The translations under genes and the position numbers were made by a program. Source: Sporopachydermia quercuum (Eukaryota). Taken from it: 64,000 nucleotides of DNA. The stretch spans positions 1,922,001 through 1,986,000 of the forward strand of contig BCGN01000001.1 of assembly GCA_001599295.1 (NCBI GenBank), written 5' to 3'. The stretch's first letter is position 1, and each line of letters opens with the position of its first letter. Positions 35,863-49,698 of the stretch are shown here, piece by piece. The notes under the pieces were generated by a model. That model made no database searches, was not told the DNA's origin, and saw nothing but the letters and a program-made list of their open reading frames with translations.

Positions 35863-36393
35863 TATAGATATGAATTTATCATTTAGGGATTTTGGTATAT
35901 TTTCTGGGTTTCATTTCGGGAAAATCATACATTAACGTGTGAATTTTTTTGGTTTGTTTAATTTAATAGGCAATGAATTATGATATAATTATAGTGTACC
36001 TACCAACTTAGTCGTAAAGATGTCGACTTGCTGCTGTACTAATAGTTTCTATAGCTATTGTACAGCTACTCAATGAATAACTGTAGGAATGAATGTAGAA
36101 ATGATTATTATGAATAAATGTTCCAACATTTAGATTGACGGAGAGCTCTTCGTTCCACGCAGAAAGGAACTACAGTTTACGTCTTCTAAGTGAGCAATAT
36201 AAGTATAAATACCATTTATAGAACCATAGTACCACTAACCGAATATATAATAAAATGATCAACCATCTACTTCATTATTCATTAGGATCACACCACCATA
36301 CTACATGCAAGTCATTATTCAAATAAGTGAATAAATGCTCATATACTATATTATAACCAACCTCTATCAACAAATAACAACTTCGCATCATAT

Positions 36394-39300
36394 TCAACTC
36401 TTATCAGCATCACGAAGTTTATAATACATTTTCATAATTTGACGAGAAGCCGTACCCCGTTTTGGCCAGAAATAACTAGAAAATGTCCATAGATGTTTTC
36501 TTCTTTTTAATTTTTNATCACCAGATAACTTTTTGATGATATTATCAATGTGATTTCCAACGGTCAAAAGCTCATTACGTAAAATCTTTGCCCATTGTTT
36601 ACGATCCAAATCTTTCTCTCCTTCTTTTAACCGTTGTAAACTTTTNCTTACTGGTCTTAATGTCTCTTTACAGTCTGCTTCATCCATGCTTGAATATTCA
36701 CTCAGATAATCATCATTACTGTTATCTTTCTCTCTCTCTTTCTCTTTAACCTTCGCTCTTTCTCTCTTCTTTTGCTTCTGTTTCAAGAGTTTCTGTTTCC
36801 GTTTATCAGCATCCTCATTACGTTTGTCTGTATGTCTTTGCGCTGATTTATCACTTGATTTATCATTTTGGTGCTCATGATGATGATGGTTATGATGACC
36901 ATGACTATGATGATGATCATGATAATTGTCACCATTCAATTGACTGTTATTATCACCAGGGATAGGAGACGTTGACTTTGATTTTAATTTAGGCACAGAG
37001 GCGTTAGTACCATTATTACCACTAGCACTACTACTTGCAACAGCTTTTCTTCTTCTCTTCTTTTCAACAATTGGAACGCCTTGCGCTTGATCACGTAAGT
37101 AAGAAATAAGGAAGTCAGATCTTCTTGATAAATGAACAGCACCAGGCATTTTTGCTTTCTCGCCTTTATTCACAACTCTATGTTCTTCAAGAAAGAACTT
37201 ACCAGTCAATCCTAAGGTTGGGTCATCTCTTATTTGAACCCAAGCTCCATAGCCATATTTATAGATACCAATAACAAGCATTGAGTCTTCAACTTCATTC
37301 CAATCGCAACTCCAACCATGAACTGCTTTAATAGTATTTGGGAATCTGAAATCCATGATGCTTGGTAATGAATCAAGTTTATCTCTAATAATTTTCATAT
37401 CCTTCGGCCTCTGGAGTATCAATTCCGCATTTAATCCTTTGATTCCTTGATAATCAAAAAGAATAGCTTTACGTTCCTTTTTCTTTCTAGCATTCTTTAA
37501 CGCTACTAACAAAGGATCAGGTTCGGGTTTAGCATCAGGTTTACTTTCAGGTTTATTCTCATCAGTAGCAAGAGATGATTCTAAAGGAGTACCACTAGGA
37601 GTCTCTATAGCGGTACCAGTGGTAGTACTGTTAGTGGGATTACTACTACCTGACGGTGAATTCTCTCTAGTCTTAAGTTGGCGTTCTAATTCCAAAATCT
37701 CAGCGTCTCTTTTAGCTTCTTCTTTTTCCCTTAGTTCCTTGCTTAATTTCAGCAAATCTTCATATGTTGACTTAATCAAAGCTGCATTGCGATTTGACAA
37801 CGTTCCATCACTGAATAATGTTTCCCATAATCCGGTTAAATCTCCATACCTTAATATAGCTCTATAGATACCTCTAATTTCTTTCTCAGTCAAAACATTA
37901 GGATCAAGCTCAACTTCTTTCCTAACTCTAGACTTGCGACCAATAGAACTGCCTCGTTTAGTTTTCCTACCACTTGATCCTTCATCATCAGTTTCAGTAT
38001 TAGAATCGCTATTACTACTATCATCATTGATATTTCTCATGGCAGCCTTACGTTTACTATACAAACCAAGCTGTTCTTGTAAAAATTCATCATCTTTTCT
38101 TTTCTTTTCTTCTTCCTTGATCTTTGCCAACTCTTCGGGTGGAATAATATCATCCCAATTAACATCAGCTTTATAATCAGTTACTTCAAATTGTTTTAAG
38201 AACTCTTCACCACCCAAATGTGATTCTCCTAAGTCAGGAGTAGTCACATGATCTTCAGCGTGATCTAGAACATCATCAATATTCAGATCCTCAAGCTTTT
38301 TCTGATTACCAACAGAATGGAACATATTACCAGCACCAAATTTAAGAATTTGAGATAACTCACCAGCTGAAGGCTCATTTGTTTTATTCTTTGATACACT
38401 ACTTTTGTCAGTTATACCCAACGAAATAATAGCATATTCAAGAATCATTTTCTTTCTTGCTCTTTCTAAAACTTCTTCTTCAATTGTATCTTTTGAAACA
38501 AATCTATAAACCATAACGTGAGACTTTTGACCAATTCTATGAGCCCTTGCCATAGCTTGTAAATCTGCTTGAGGGTTCCAATCAGAGTCAAATATAATTA
38601 CAGTATCGGCAGTCATTAAATTAATTCCTAAACCACCAGCTCTTGTACTTAATAAGAAAACAAAATCTTGAGAGTCTTGAGCATTGAAATGATCAATAGC
38701 TATTCTTCTTGTTACTGAAGGAATAGTACCATCTAATCTTTGAAAATTATAACCTTTAATTTGCAGATAATCACCAAGAATATCAAGCATTTTAACCATT
38801 TGCGAAAATATTAACACTCTGTGACCATCTTTTTTCAATTTAGTTAAAAGTTTATCAAGTAAAACCATTTTACCACTATTCATAATCAAACCTTTGAATA
38901 TATTTTCTTTAGTGCTATCACCATTTTTCTGCAAAAATTGAGCTTCAGCATTCTGAAATAGATAAGGATGATTGCTTGCCTTCTTCAATTCAACCATTAC
39001 ATTAAGTAAACTAACTTGATTACCACCATTTGGACCCTTATTCAAAGCAGCATAATTTCTTGAAATTATATTCTTATAATACTCTGTCTGCATATCAGAT
39101 AATTCAACTCTAAGAATTCTTTCAGTCTTTGATGGCAATGATTTCTCCACGTCTTTCTTCAACCTTCGGAGAATGAAAGGCTGTAATCTCTTATGCAAAT
39201 CTCTAATATAAGTTTCTTGATCAGCATCAGGAGTTTCAAAATCGATTTCTTGATCAATTTGGAACTTCCCCGGCATTAAGAAGTCAACTAATGCTGCTAA

Positions 39301-41265
39301 TTCTTGAATATTATTCTGCAAAGGCGTACCAGTGATTAATAACCTATTAGCAATCTTTAGTCCTTGCAAAGATTCATATAAAGCGGATTCCGAGTTTTTC
39401 AGTCTATGAGCTTCATCAACTGCTAAATATTGCCATTTCAACTGACTTAATTCATTCTTATCTTTAAGGATATACTCATAAGTAGTTAACAAAATGTTGA
39501 ATTTCGGCTTCTTACCATTTGGACCATACCATTCATAATCTCGAATTAATTGTCTTGATGCCGCATTACCTAAGTAACAAAGGTAGTTTAAATCAGGGGC
39601 CCATAATTCAAATGTTTCTTGCCATGCTGGTACTGTAGATAACGGAACAACCACTAAGAAAGGACCATTTTGTTTTCTAGCATAAACCAACCATGATAAA
39701 AATGCAACAGTTTGAACAGTTTTTCCTAAGCCCATTTCATCGGCAAGAATGCCATTTTCATTACGCGACCAAAGGAAAGCCATCCAATTGAGACCCGTTA
39801 ACTGGAAATCTCTTAATTCTCCACCTTTAACATAATTTGGTTGACTGCTTAATTTTTCAAACCTTGGTCTATGACTACCGTAATTTGTAGAATACTGCGG
39901 TAGTATTTTAGAATTGAGTCTTTTCTGAAATGCTGCTACTTTGTCAGGAGCAATGGATGCAATCTTTTCAGCATCTTCCCAAGTACACTCATCATAGTTC
40001 AGCCTTTTCCATTTAACTAGATAATCCATAGTTGTTGTTCTAGAGGAAGAATTGGAGAAAGAATTGGAGGAAGAATTGGAGACTCTTTGAGATGAAACAA
40101 TTCTATCAACTTTCTGAAACTCTTCATATTCATCTCTTCTTCTTTCCTTCTCAATATCCATAGTTTCAAGATCTTCACTTGTCGTATAAGGGTCATTTCT
40201 TATTTCTAAATCTAACAGAACTTGATTCTTGATATAATTGGTTAATCTCTTGAAACCTTTATACTTTGATGCTGAATCATATGATTCCCAAGTATTATGT
40301 AGATGAGAGAATTCATCCCATTTGATACAGAACTCTAAATCAGTTTTTGGATCTGTCATTTTTTCAACTGATTCTTTCAATCTATGATCTAATACTTGAC
40401 CAATCGAATAACCAGATCCATCATCATTGTAACTGTCAATATCATCATATTGAAGATTAGTTGAAGTATCGTGAGCAAATTCACCTTGATCTTCATAATC
40501 AGATTCTAGGAACTCATCCTCATCATCTTCGATAGCGTAGTTAACAACTTTATTGCCACGAGACGAATAACGAAATTCCGGTGTTTCTGTTTCTGACTGA
40601 GTAAGCTTCCTTTTCTTTCTACTAGCTTTTTTATCACGAGCTTTACTTAGTTTGGATGGTCCATAGAAATCATCAGATGTATCACTATCAGGGCTTTCAT
40701 TTCCTGATTCATCACTAGTTGTATTATTGTTCCTATCATCATCTGATTGAGAATAAGAAGACTTCCTCGAAGACCTTGACTTACTTTTTCTATTGTTCTT
40801 TTTGGTTTTTGGCACTTTATTCCTTCTTCGTTTCGTCTGGGTATAACCAACATCACTTTCAGTCTCGTCGTTGTCAGAATCACTGCCTGACGATTGGACA
40901 TACGCCGAACGCTTCTTCTTAGGTTTTCTTTCTTCATCGATTTGGATTTCGAATCTTTCTGGTGCCTTATGTGTTCTACCAGATCTTCTTAATCCCCATA
41001 AATCAGGATCTTCATTAAAATTTATTTCATTCTTAACTGAAAATTTGTTCGCTGAATGTGCAGATGTGGATATAGATGTGTCTGATGATAACCTATCATC
41101 GTTAATAAGCGTTAAGGTTTCGGGTTCTGTTGATGAACCTTCACTTTCGTGTTTAGTTGCAGAATCCTGTTTATACAACTGTTAGTAAAAAGTGTGGACA
41201 AACAAAGGTTATTGAATGTTGTCATTCTGAAACTGTGAACATAGGTTGATACATACTTGATCCAT
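36394..41265 (-). CDS. CHD1: Chromodomain helicase Chd1. 9-nt first coding exon 41265-41257 (MDQ), intron from 41256 to 41167 (or 41179)
   Basis: Two chromodomains, [22 protein letters not shown]2 motifs, SANT/SLIDE-like region and C-terminal CHCT-like domain. ATG GAT CAA|GTATGT..TACTAAC. Confidence 0.96.
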
Positions 41266-43574
41266 TGTATGATAATTAGCAAGTAATCCAAGAGCTATTT
41301 GCTAGTAACACAAGAAAAGAAGAATAGTGTTTCAATTGAATGAGTGCAAAAGTCCATCAAACTGCAGCTACTAACTATTTTGTGTTCTTGCTTTTCAAGT
41401 CTCAGACTCACTTATGTTAAGCAAATTTGTACAATGAAGGATTAATCAATGAGATACTAAGTAGTTGAGTTGGTAGTTAAATGATAACGACTGAAAAAAA
41501 CTATCAATCAACCACTCTTTCCAAAGTATTGTTTTTAATATTAGTGAAAAAGTAAAAAATTCAAATCTTTCTTTTACCTGTCGCTAAATATTTATCTTTA
41601 GCGAGTGCTCCTATATCAATAACTAACAGTATTGTTTCTCGCGAGAGACAAACAGACAAAAGTATCAGAATAGCAATTTGAGTACTATTTGTTGTATCAA
41701 TAGTAACGTTAATTTAAATAAAAAAACTAATATAAATGCTATAGACTTGAGAATTCAATCATTATATTATTGTCTTTCATTACAATAGTGAATAATGATC
41801 GTAAATATAAGTACTGATTTGTACGTGAAATGAGAATGAATGTCGAGACGACAGGTTAAAACACCCAGGGGAATGGGGATTCTTGGTAGTGAAAAAATCC
41901 AACAGAACAGATTTTTAATGTGAGGGGGAAATTGGATAACACAAGTAATATTAGGATTTATATAAGGAATATAATGAGTTAAAACAAAAGATATAATAGA
42001 ATTCTAGAAATATAAGAGCAATATAAATCTAAAATATACAGGAGAAATTGCGTGAAGAATTCAAGTATTAATTCAAGTATACAGTAACGATGAGTTATAT
42101 AGAACGTAATTTATTTGATGGTACAGCCAGTACTGTATAAGGTATGTAAACTTTACAACGAATTGATTGCTGAAACGAATAAGAAATCATGAATTGAGTG
42201 TGATTGATACATCATAAGAAAAGAATTACAAGGATGCCCATGAGTCAACCAACAATACGTTCGGTAGCATAGCATAACAGGGTTGAATGGTACATTTCCT
42301 ACCTCTAGTTTGTAGACGACGACAGGTTTAGGAGTTTGAGCATCTTCAAAATAAATAAAAGAGAATTACTAGGAAGTTTTAATCACAATAGACAAGCATT
42401 AATCAAGGGGCATCCAAGTACCAAGTATCAAGAGATCCAAACAGTGCAGGAATACAACATACACTGATGGCACGCTTCTTGACTTGTACTCGATGCCCAG
42501 CTTAGTAAAACGATTCTCAGTTCCAGTTTAAGCCTCCTAAAATTAAATGTTTAATCCTCAGTCAAAAGGCCCCATCAAGTCTAACTAAGGCGACTTACTC
42601 TCAGGAGGACCTTCGACATCCAAACTACGGCCTTACCATAATAATAGTTCATATCCCATTCCTATCTCTACTTTAACTCCTTATCAATTTGAATAACCAC
42701 ATATCGAAGTATTATCATAGACAATCACAACCATCAAATATGAGAATACTCATCCCTCAACATCATCTCAAACATCACAAAAAATCGGCGTTCAAAACAA
42801 TTTAGCGATCGAACAACCATCATCAATCAAATTCACAAGCGAATACATTTGTCAGCTTCGAAAGCAACTCCTCATCAATATCACACCTCTACGCGTTGAC
42901 GAGATCATGTTCGCAACTTTGAAACATGAGCTAAATAATTCCTCCCATGTTAAATAGGTACTACGGTGATTGCAGGAAGAAATAAAAAAAATGAGGTACC
43001 AGCACCTATTTATACGAATTTGCTACTGCCATTATCTTTTGTTTGAGTCTCTTGCAATATTCNTCTAACACAGACCATATGGTGCGATCTCTTGAATACC
43101 CCCGGATTTGCAGCCACTGAATCTCAACTGGGAAAATTCTTACTAGTATATTGGCTTCGATGAGTCCCTCTATCCTACGCTGTAATGTAGACAATTGCGT
43201 GAATAAAATGTCATGCAGAACTTGCAACAAAAAGATCTCATGTAAAACGATGACGCTAACACACCCTTTAGAAGGGTTCATTGTGAACCTTAACCTAAAT
43301 CACTAACCTATCATTGGAAAGATGAAAAAAGTTACTAAGCATATACAAGTTAAGCTTGAAAATTCGGTGACCAGATATACTTAATGGTGTAAATGAAAGA
43401 ATTGGTTGTTTCTTCCTAAAGTTATCCGTTGGAAAAGCATATTGTGTGGTGCTTCCAGCATACTTCCCGCTAAAATCGAGCATATTACTCGNAATAGCCT
43501 AATTTTGGTGTGCCAGGTATGTTCTACCATTTGAGAACGAGGCGCGTCAGGATGTATTTTCATGTGTAAAAATC

Positions 43575-43610
43575 TGAAAAATTTATTTGGTGGTAAAACA
43601 CCAAATTTTT
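43575..43610. promoter_or_regulatory. RRPE element upstream of RLI1
   Basis: TGAAAAATTT at 43575-43584 and AAATTTTT at about 43603-43610. Confidence 0.55.
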
Positions 43611-43870
43611 TATAATTGTTGGATAATCGATTACTCGAAATTTGCTATTCAGCTTCTTAATGTTTGAATATTTATCGTATGCATTTTGTTCTAAAACATT
43701 ATTTTAATAAGATAATCACTCTACACATTACTAATTGCTTGTCACCTTTGAAGTATAAGAGTTAAGAAATAATTCTATTGTAATAGGAAAGGATCTTAGC
43801 TCTCGCTTGATTGTAGGAAGAAAGAAGTTGCATTTGAAAATTGATTAATCAATAGTAAGTGTGTAATACA

Positions 43871-45691
43871 ATGACTGACAGGCTTACAAGAATTGCCATT
43901 GTCAGTGAAGACAAGTGCAAACCAAAGAAATGTCGGCAGGAATGTCGTAAATCTTGTCCAGTTGTGAAGACAGGCAAATTGTGTATTGAAGTAACATCAG
44001 CATCAAAGATTTGTTTCATTTCAGAAAATCTTTGCATTGGTTGTGGTATTTGCGTAAAGAAATGTCCTTTTGGCGCCATTCAAATCATTAATTTACCAAC
44101 CAATTTAGAAAAAGAAGTTACTCATAGATATTCTGCAAACTCTTTCAAATTGCATCGTTTACCAACTCCAAGGCCAGGCCAAGTTTTAGGTTTGGTTGGT
44201 ACTAATGGTATTGGTAAATCTACTGCCCTGAAGATTCTTGCTGGTAAGCAGAAGCCAAATTTGGGTAGATTTGATGATCCACCAAGCTGGGAAGAAATTT
44301 TGAAGTATTTCAGAGGCTCCGAATTACAAAATTATTTAACCAAAATTTTAGAAGATGATATCAAGGCCATTATCAAACCTCAGTACGTCGACAATATTCC
44401 AAGAGCTATCAAAGGCCCTGTCAATAAAGTCGGTGAACTTTTAAAAGCAAAATTGGAAAGAAAGGATTCAATTCACGATATTCTAGATACTTTAGAATTA
44501 AAGAAAGTTTTGAAGCGTGAAGTTGCTCAATTATCTGGTGGTGAGTTACAAAGATTTGCAATTGGTATGACATGTGTTCAAGATGCTGATGTTTATATGT
44601 TTGATGAGCCATCATCATATTTGGATGTCAAGCAACGTTTGAATGCTGCTAGAATCATTAGATCTTTGTTGAATGCTACCAATTATTGCATTACTGTCGA
44701 GCATGATTTGTCCGTCTTAGATTACTTATCTGACTTTGTATGCATTTTATACGGCGTTCCTTCTGTATATGGTGTGGTTTCATTGCCTTACTCCGTCCGT
44801 GAAGGTATTAATATTTTCCTTGATGGTCACATTCCTACTGAGAACTTGAGATTTAGGACTGAAAGTTTACAATTCAGACTTGCAGATGCTTCTGATCAAA
44901 TTTTAGTTGATAAGAGTAGATCTTTTGATTATCCTAGCATGAGTAAGACTTTACAAGATTTCAAACTTAATATTGAGGCAGGTGATTTCACTGACTCTGA
45001 AATTATTGTTCTTATGGGTGAAAATGGTACTGGTAAAACAACTTTCTGTCGGTTGTTAGCTGGTGCTATTTCGCCTGATGATGGCAAGAAAGCTCCAGAG
45101 TTGAACGTTTCAATGAAGCCCCAAAAGATTGCTCCTAAGTTCACTGGTACCGTTCGTCAATTGTTTTTCAAAAAGATTAGAGCCTCATTCTTGCACCCTC
45201 AATTTCAAACTGATGTTTGTAAGCCACTTAGAATTGATGACATTATCGACCAGGAAGTGCAGAATTTATCTGGTGGTGAATTGCAAAGAGTTGCTATCGT
45301 TCTAGCTCTTGGCCAACCTGCTGATATTTACTTAATCGATGAACCATCCGCTTATTTGGATTCCGAACAACGTATCATCTGTTCTAAAGTTATTAAGAGA
45401 TTCATTCTCCACGCAAAGAAGACCGCCTTCGTTGTAGAGCACGATTTCATTATGGCAACTTATTTGGCTGATAGAGTTATTGTCTATGAAGGAACCCCAT
45501 CTGTTGAAGCCACCGCCAAGAGTCCTGAGAGTTTGTTGACTGGTTGTAATAGATTCTTAAAAAATTTGAACGTTACCTTCAGAAGAGATCCTACATCTTA
45601 CAGGCCAAGAATTAACAAGTTGGATTCACAATTAGATAGAGAACAAAAGGCAAGCGGTAACTACTTTTTCCTCGACAACACTGAACTCTGA
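43871..45691 (+). CDS. RLI1: Fe-S ABC ATPase Rli1/ABCE1
   Basis: [15 protein letters not shown] and [13 protein letters not shown] clusters, two NBDs ([16 protein letters not shown]), LSGGELQR twice. Confidence 0.98.
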   Translation: MTDRLTRIAIVSEDKCKPKKCRQECRKSCPVVKTGKLCIEVTSASKICFISENLCIGCGICVKKCPFGAIQIINLPTNLEKEVTHRYSANSFKLHRLPTPRPGQVLGLVGTNGIGKSTALKILAGKQKPNLGRFDDPPSWEEILKYFRGSELQNYLTKILEDDIKAIIKPQYVDNIPRAIKGPVNKVGELLKAKLERKDSIHDILDTLELKKVLKREVAQLSGGELQRFAIGMTCVQDADVYMFDEPSSYLDVKQRLNAARIIRSLLNATNYCITVEHDLSVLDYLSDFVCILYGVPSVYGVVSLPYSVREGINIFLDGHIPTENLRFRTESLQFRLADASDQILVDKSRSFDYPSMSKTLQDFKLNIEAGDFTDSEIIVLMGENGTGKTTFCRLLAGAISPDDGKKAPELNVSMKPQKIAPKFTGTVRQLFFKKIRASFLHPQFQTDVCKPLRIDDIIDQEVQNLSGGELQRVAIVLALGQPADIYLIDEPSAYLDSEQRIICSKVIKRFILHAKKTAFVVEHDFIMATYLADRVIVYEGTPSVEATAKSPESLLTGCNRFLKNLNVTFRRDPTSYRPRINKLDSQLDREQKASGNYFFLDNTEL

Positions 45692-46582
45692 AGGTTGTTG
45701 CTGCATTTGCATCTCACACTCAACTTTTCAATAAGTTTGTATCAACTTACAATTATCTTAAACACTGCATTGAAATCTTACAAAGAGTACATTCAATCAA
45801 AAGATACGAATATAAGAAACGAAGAAAAAAAGGAGCTTTAATGAGAAATAATTCTCATTATGATGGTAGTTAGTTTGATACTATGTCTTCATTGCCATTT
45901 AACGATGTGTTTTCAAACACAACTTGTTGTTTCTTCTGTTATTGCTTAGTTATATGCATTCAATGTGTCTTTTGTTATACGATTCTAGGTCTTAGAATCT
46001 TTATTGATCTAATGAGCCTAGAATATGAGACCCCAAACGGATTGAATCATTTTAGTCCGTTAGAAGTGAGTAGTATTTACAACTAGATAGTAGTACTTAT
46101 CAAATATCTTTCTTCATTCAATCGAATGTTTGATTTGTTTCAACATATTCTCCTGTAGTTTCTCGTTATATCGGCTCGCATTATTTATACATAAAAATAT
46201 GTATTGTACCTATATATGTTTTTGTTATCAAATATCCTCATGAGCATTCCAATGTACTGATATGCATGCACTACACACATTAAAGTACAGCTTCTCAACT
46301 CTAACTAAGCCACACTTTCTAGCTTCATTTCATCACAGATCCTTTTGAGATATCTCATCTCCTATTTTATATAGGAATACCACTTATTTATAAGCTAGTT
46401 AAACGACTGGCCACTTTTATACTTAAAATATCATAGTCTATATTTTATCAAACCACCCCTTGGCTTACTATAGTTCTGGATCTATTGGAAGGAAGGTGTA
46501 GGATAAAGATCCAAAAGAAAAAGAAAAGAAACCATATCTTGAACATATCTCAGACTAATAAAGACTTTATCGATCTATCAAA

Positions 46583-47620
46583 ATGGCTCAAAATCCTATG
46601 AGTACGTATACACGAACAACTATTTGTTTTCTATAAGATGATTGGAATTTTGTATTCAATGACAATAATCGAGCTCAGCTATGGAATTGATTGATTGCCT
46701 TATTTTCTCCCTGGACTCTTGATCTTATGCGCATACTAACTATTCTTCTGTTATTGTGCAGTCCTGTTTGCGGGTGTCTATTATGGAACTAATGGATTAG
46801 CTACTTACTATGGCAGTGAAAAAGAGAGAACATTATTTGACTCAATTGTACCTATAGTTCTAGGAAAAATTGATTCGACGTCAAATAAACAAATCACCTT
46901 GACTTATGAACGCTTCATGATCCATTACATTTCAGTAGCTTCCCAGTTTGATCTACCATTAGGCATGTCATATTTGACAATAACCGACGACGCTGTTAAT
47001 AGAAGAATCCCTTTTATGTTACTTTTGAAGATGAAAGACCAATTCACTCAAGAGTTTCTTGGTGCTGACAATAAATCTGTCGAGGAGAGTATACCATCAG
47101 CCTTGCCTAATTCCTTTAATCCTAAGTTTGGCAAATCATTGAAACTCTTAGCCGAAGAAGCCAATCAAGGAATGGATGATCCTGCATATCTAGCACGAGA
47201 AGAGATTCAAGAAGTACAAAAAGTGATGATTCAAAATATTGAACGTGTGTTGGAAAGAGGAGAACAAATTGGATTGTTAGTGAATAAAACCGACAATATG
47301 GGTAGATCAGCTAGTACATTCAAGAGAAGAGCTGTTTCCATCAGAAGGATATTTTGGTGGCAGAACATAAGGTTAGTTTAAGTGTTGCTGCAAAATTATT
47401 ATACTCTATTATGGATTTATTTATACTTCATCGTGGAAACTAACGAATGATAATATAGAATATGGTGCCTTCTAATCATAGGAGCTTTTCTTGTCATATA
47501 TTTTATTGCATGTAAGTTGATTGATTTGTTAGATTAGATGCGTAATATCGCATAGATTATTAACACAGAGATATAGCCTTAGAATGTGGATTTCCGGTTT
47601 TACAAAACTGCTTAAACTGA
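46583..47620 (+). CDS. NYV1: Longin R-SNARE, VAMP7/Nyv1-like. Exons 46583-46601, 46762-47371, 47459-47511, 47577-47620
   Basis: Longin domain (MILFAGV..LTYERFMIHYI), R-SNARE motif VMIQNIERVLERGEQIGLLVNKT, WWQN, TM, luminal LECGFPVLQNC. Donors GTACGT, GTTAGT, GTAAGT. Confidence 0.85.
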
Positions 47621-47837
47621 TGGAGGCACGGTTGACAATGATTTTGTACTACAATGATGACGAATTGTTGATTTGTAAATTATCTAGTGTTTCATGAAAG
47701 AAACTATTTCAATCAATGTTAGTGAATACTATGCTGATGAATGGTAACGAATGCTTTCCAGTTACTATATGAGTCTCACTTATCTTTTCGCATTGTATGA
47801 TTGGTCTTATTAAGATTAATATTTACTATACATGTCC

Positions 47838-48883
47838 CTATTCCATACCAACATCTTTATCGTTAACGATAACTTCCTCTTCTATACTATTTTCTTCTGG
47901 CTGTACCTGAGTTGTTTGTTAGATGTGAGAAATCTCGATAAACAAGATATCCCAAAAGAAACAAAAATGATATCAATGAATTGGGGGAAAAAGCTTACGT
48001 ACCTCTGACTTCTCATTGCTCTTTATTTGCTCATTAGTAGCAATATCATTACCATTGTCATCCTCGTCGTCACCTGTTGCTTTCTTCTCATTCGTATCTT
48101 CTTCTGCTGCTTTCTCCAGAGCAGCTTCTATTGCAGCCTCTTTCATTTGCTTGTTGTGAATCTTCTTTTGGGCTTTCCTTTGTTCAAATTCTAATGATGA
48201 AAACGGTTAATATCGACGCTTTGAACTCATGGGCCACAGTTGAGAGTATCTAATACTACTAATGCTTTCATTATAATTCATATCAAATTTAACGTACTGA
48301 TTAATTCCTCCTTTACTGCAGGTATAAATGAATCGAACTCAGTTCTCGTCATAGCCTCTAAAATATCTTCTGGTAGAAGTGTTTTCCTATTAGCACCTCC
48401 TGTACTTTCATTAGCACTGTTATACTGTTAGGACCAAAAGGCTTAAGAGCTAGCCAATCACTCAAATAGAATCCTAATGGTTTTACAATCCGTTTCAATT
48501 CCAGGAATCATTTTTTACTTACAAGAACAGTATATAGTTAATAAACAGTGTAGTACTTCTTTGTAAAGCTAATAATGAATCCTTTGATATTTGACAATTG
48601 TCAGGTAACACTTCTTTTGCTAATCTATTGATAGTTGATCTTGGGAACAAAAGTTCCTGATTTAAATAATCGTTAGTAATCCGAGGGTGTATCACAATGT
48701 AAGACCGAATAACTAATAAAATGAATAAAAACCATGAAACAAAAACCAGCATACATCTATTGTAACCGTTGGTTTTTCTTTCTCCTTTTCTTTATCTTGT
48801 GCCGGTATTGGGCTTTCTGCTGATACTTCTTGAGCTGCAGAAGCATTAGTTTCAGCAGCTCTCTTTTTTCTTGGTGGTGCCAT
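47838..48883 (-). CDS. DPB4: Histone-fold subunit of DNA Pol epsilon/ISW2, Dpb4. Exons 48883-48755, 48656-48523, 48416-48298, 48190-48003, 47906-47838
   Basis: Spliced TIDELLFPRSTINRLAKEVLP..ISKDSLLALQRSTTLFINYI..NRKTLLPEDILEAM plus acidic tail. Four canonical introns keep the frame. Neighbour of TRM1, as in S. cerevisiae. Confidence 0.9.
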
Positions 48884-49062
48884 TATGTCCCGTTAGATAA
48901 TTCCAAGTTTGAAAGTGAGTTTACAATTTTCTGAACTGTTGTTACTCTATATAATAGTAGAACGTTGCCAGCTTGATTTCTCGTACAAATAGCGTTGGTA
49001 AATGATAAAAGGATGATCAATATGGTAGCGCTATCGGATTTCTTCGTGTTTGAATCTGTTTG

Positions 49063-49068
49063 ACGCGT
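49063..49068. promoter_or_regulatory. MCB element upstream of DPB4
   Basis: ACGCGT about 180 bp upstream of a replication gene. Confidence 0.45.
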
Positions 49069-49698
49069 ACATTATTTAGAGTTAATGCTAAGGGATGCAG
49101 TAGGTAAACTTTAGTTTTAAACATATCTACTACTTTAATTGTGTGTCTTTTTTATTATAGATAAAGAAACAGCAATGTCGAATGTATAGATTTTATAGTA
49201 TATAGTCGTAGCAGGGGATATTACATCCGATGACTATTGGATACTACTATGAGAGATTTTGATTTAATTCAAGCTTTATTAAATGCTACATTGAACATGC
49301 ATAATGAACGATCTTTGATTCAGAAACCAGAGATTTGAAAGAAAAATCAGTGAACGATTGAATGCTTTCGAGAAAATAGTAAACAGATATTTGAATTGTC
49401 AGCAATGTTTTTAATTATTAAGCCAAATTTTCATCCAGTTGTAAAGTTATAACTACTGTACTGGAATTTTAGCACTTTTAATTCGCCTTGGAGTACATTA
49501 TCAATTCTCTATCTTGTTCTCATGTCTCTTATCTTTTAACCCACCAAATGACGTTTATAACAGCTTCATAACACATTTCCTACACGATCATTAAATTTAG
49601 ATACTATCCTCAAAGATTTCAGAATAAACAGCGGATCTATACACCAGGAACATCCTATACTCATAAAGTAATAGCACTATCTGAATATACCTTAGTTT

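Noticed and set aside
44221..44235. Possible CUG codon reassignment
   Set aside because: CTG occupies the conserved Leu of GKSTALK in RLI1, consistent with the standard code (one site only).
45689..45841. Stop-codon readthrough extensions giving a cryptic PTS1 (RLI1; ADH, BNA6 and FOL3 also checked)
   Set aside because: No TGA-CTA context and no PTS1 at the ends of the extensions.
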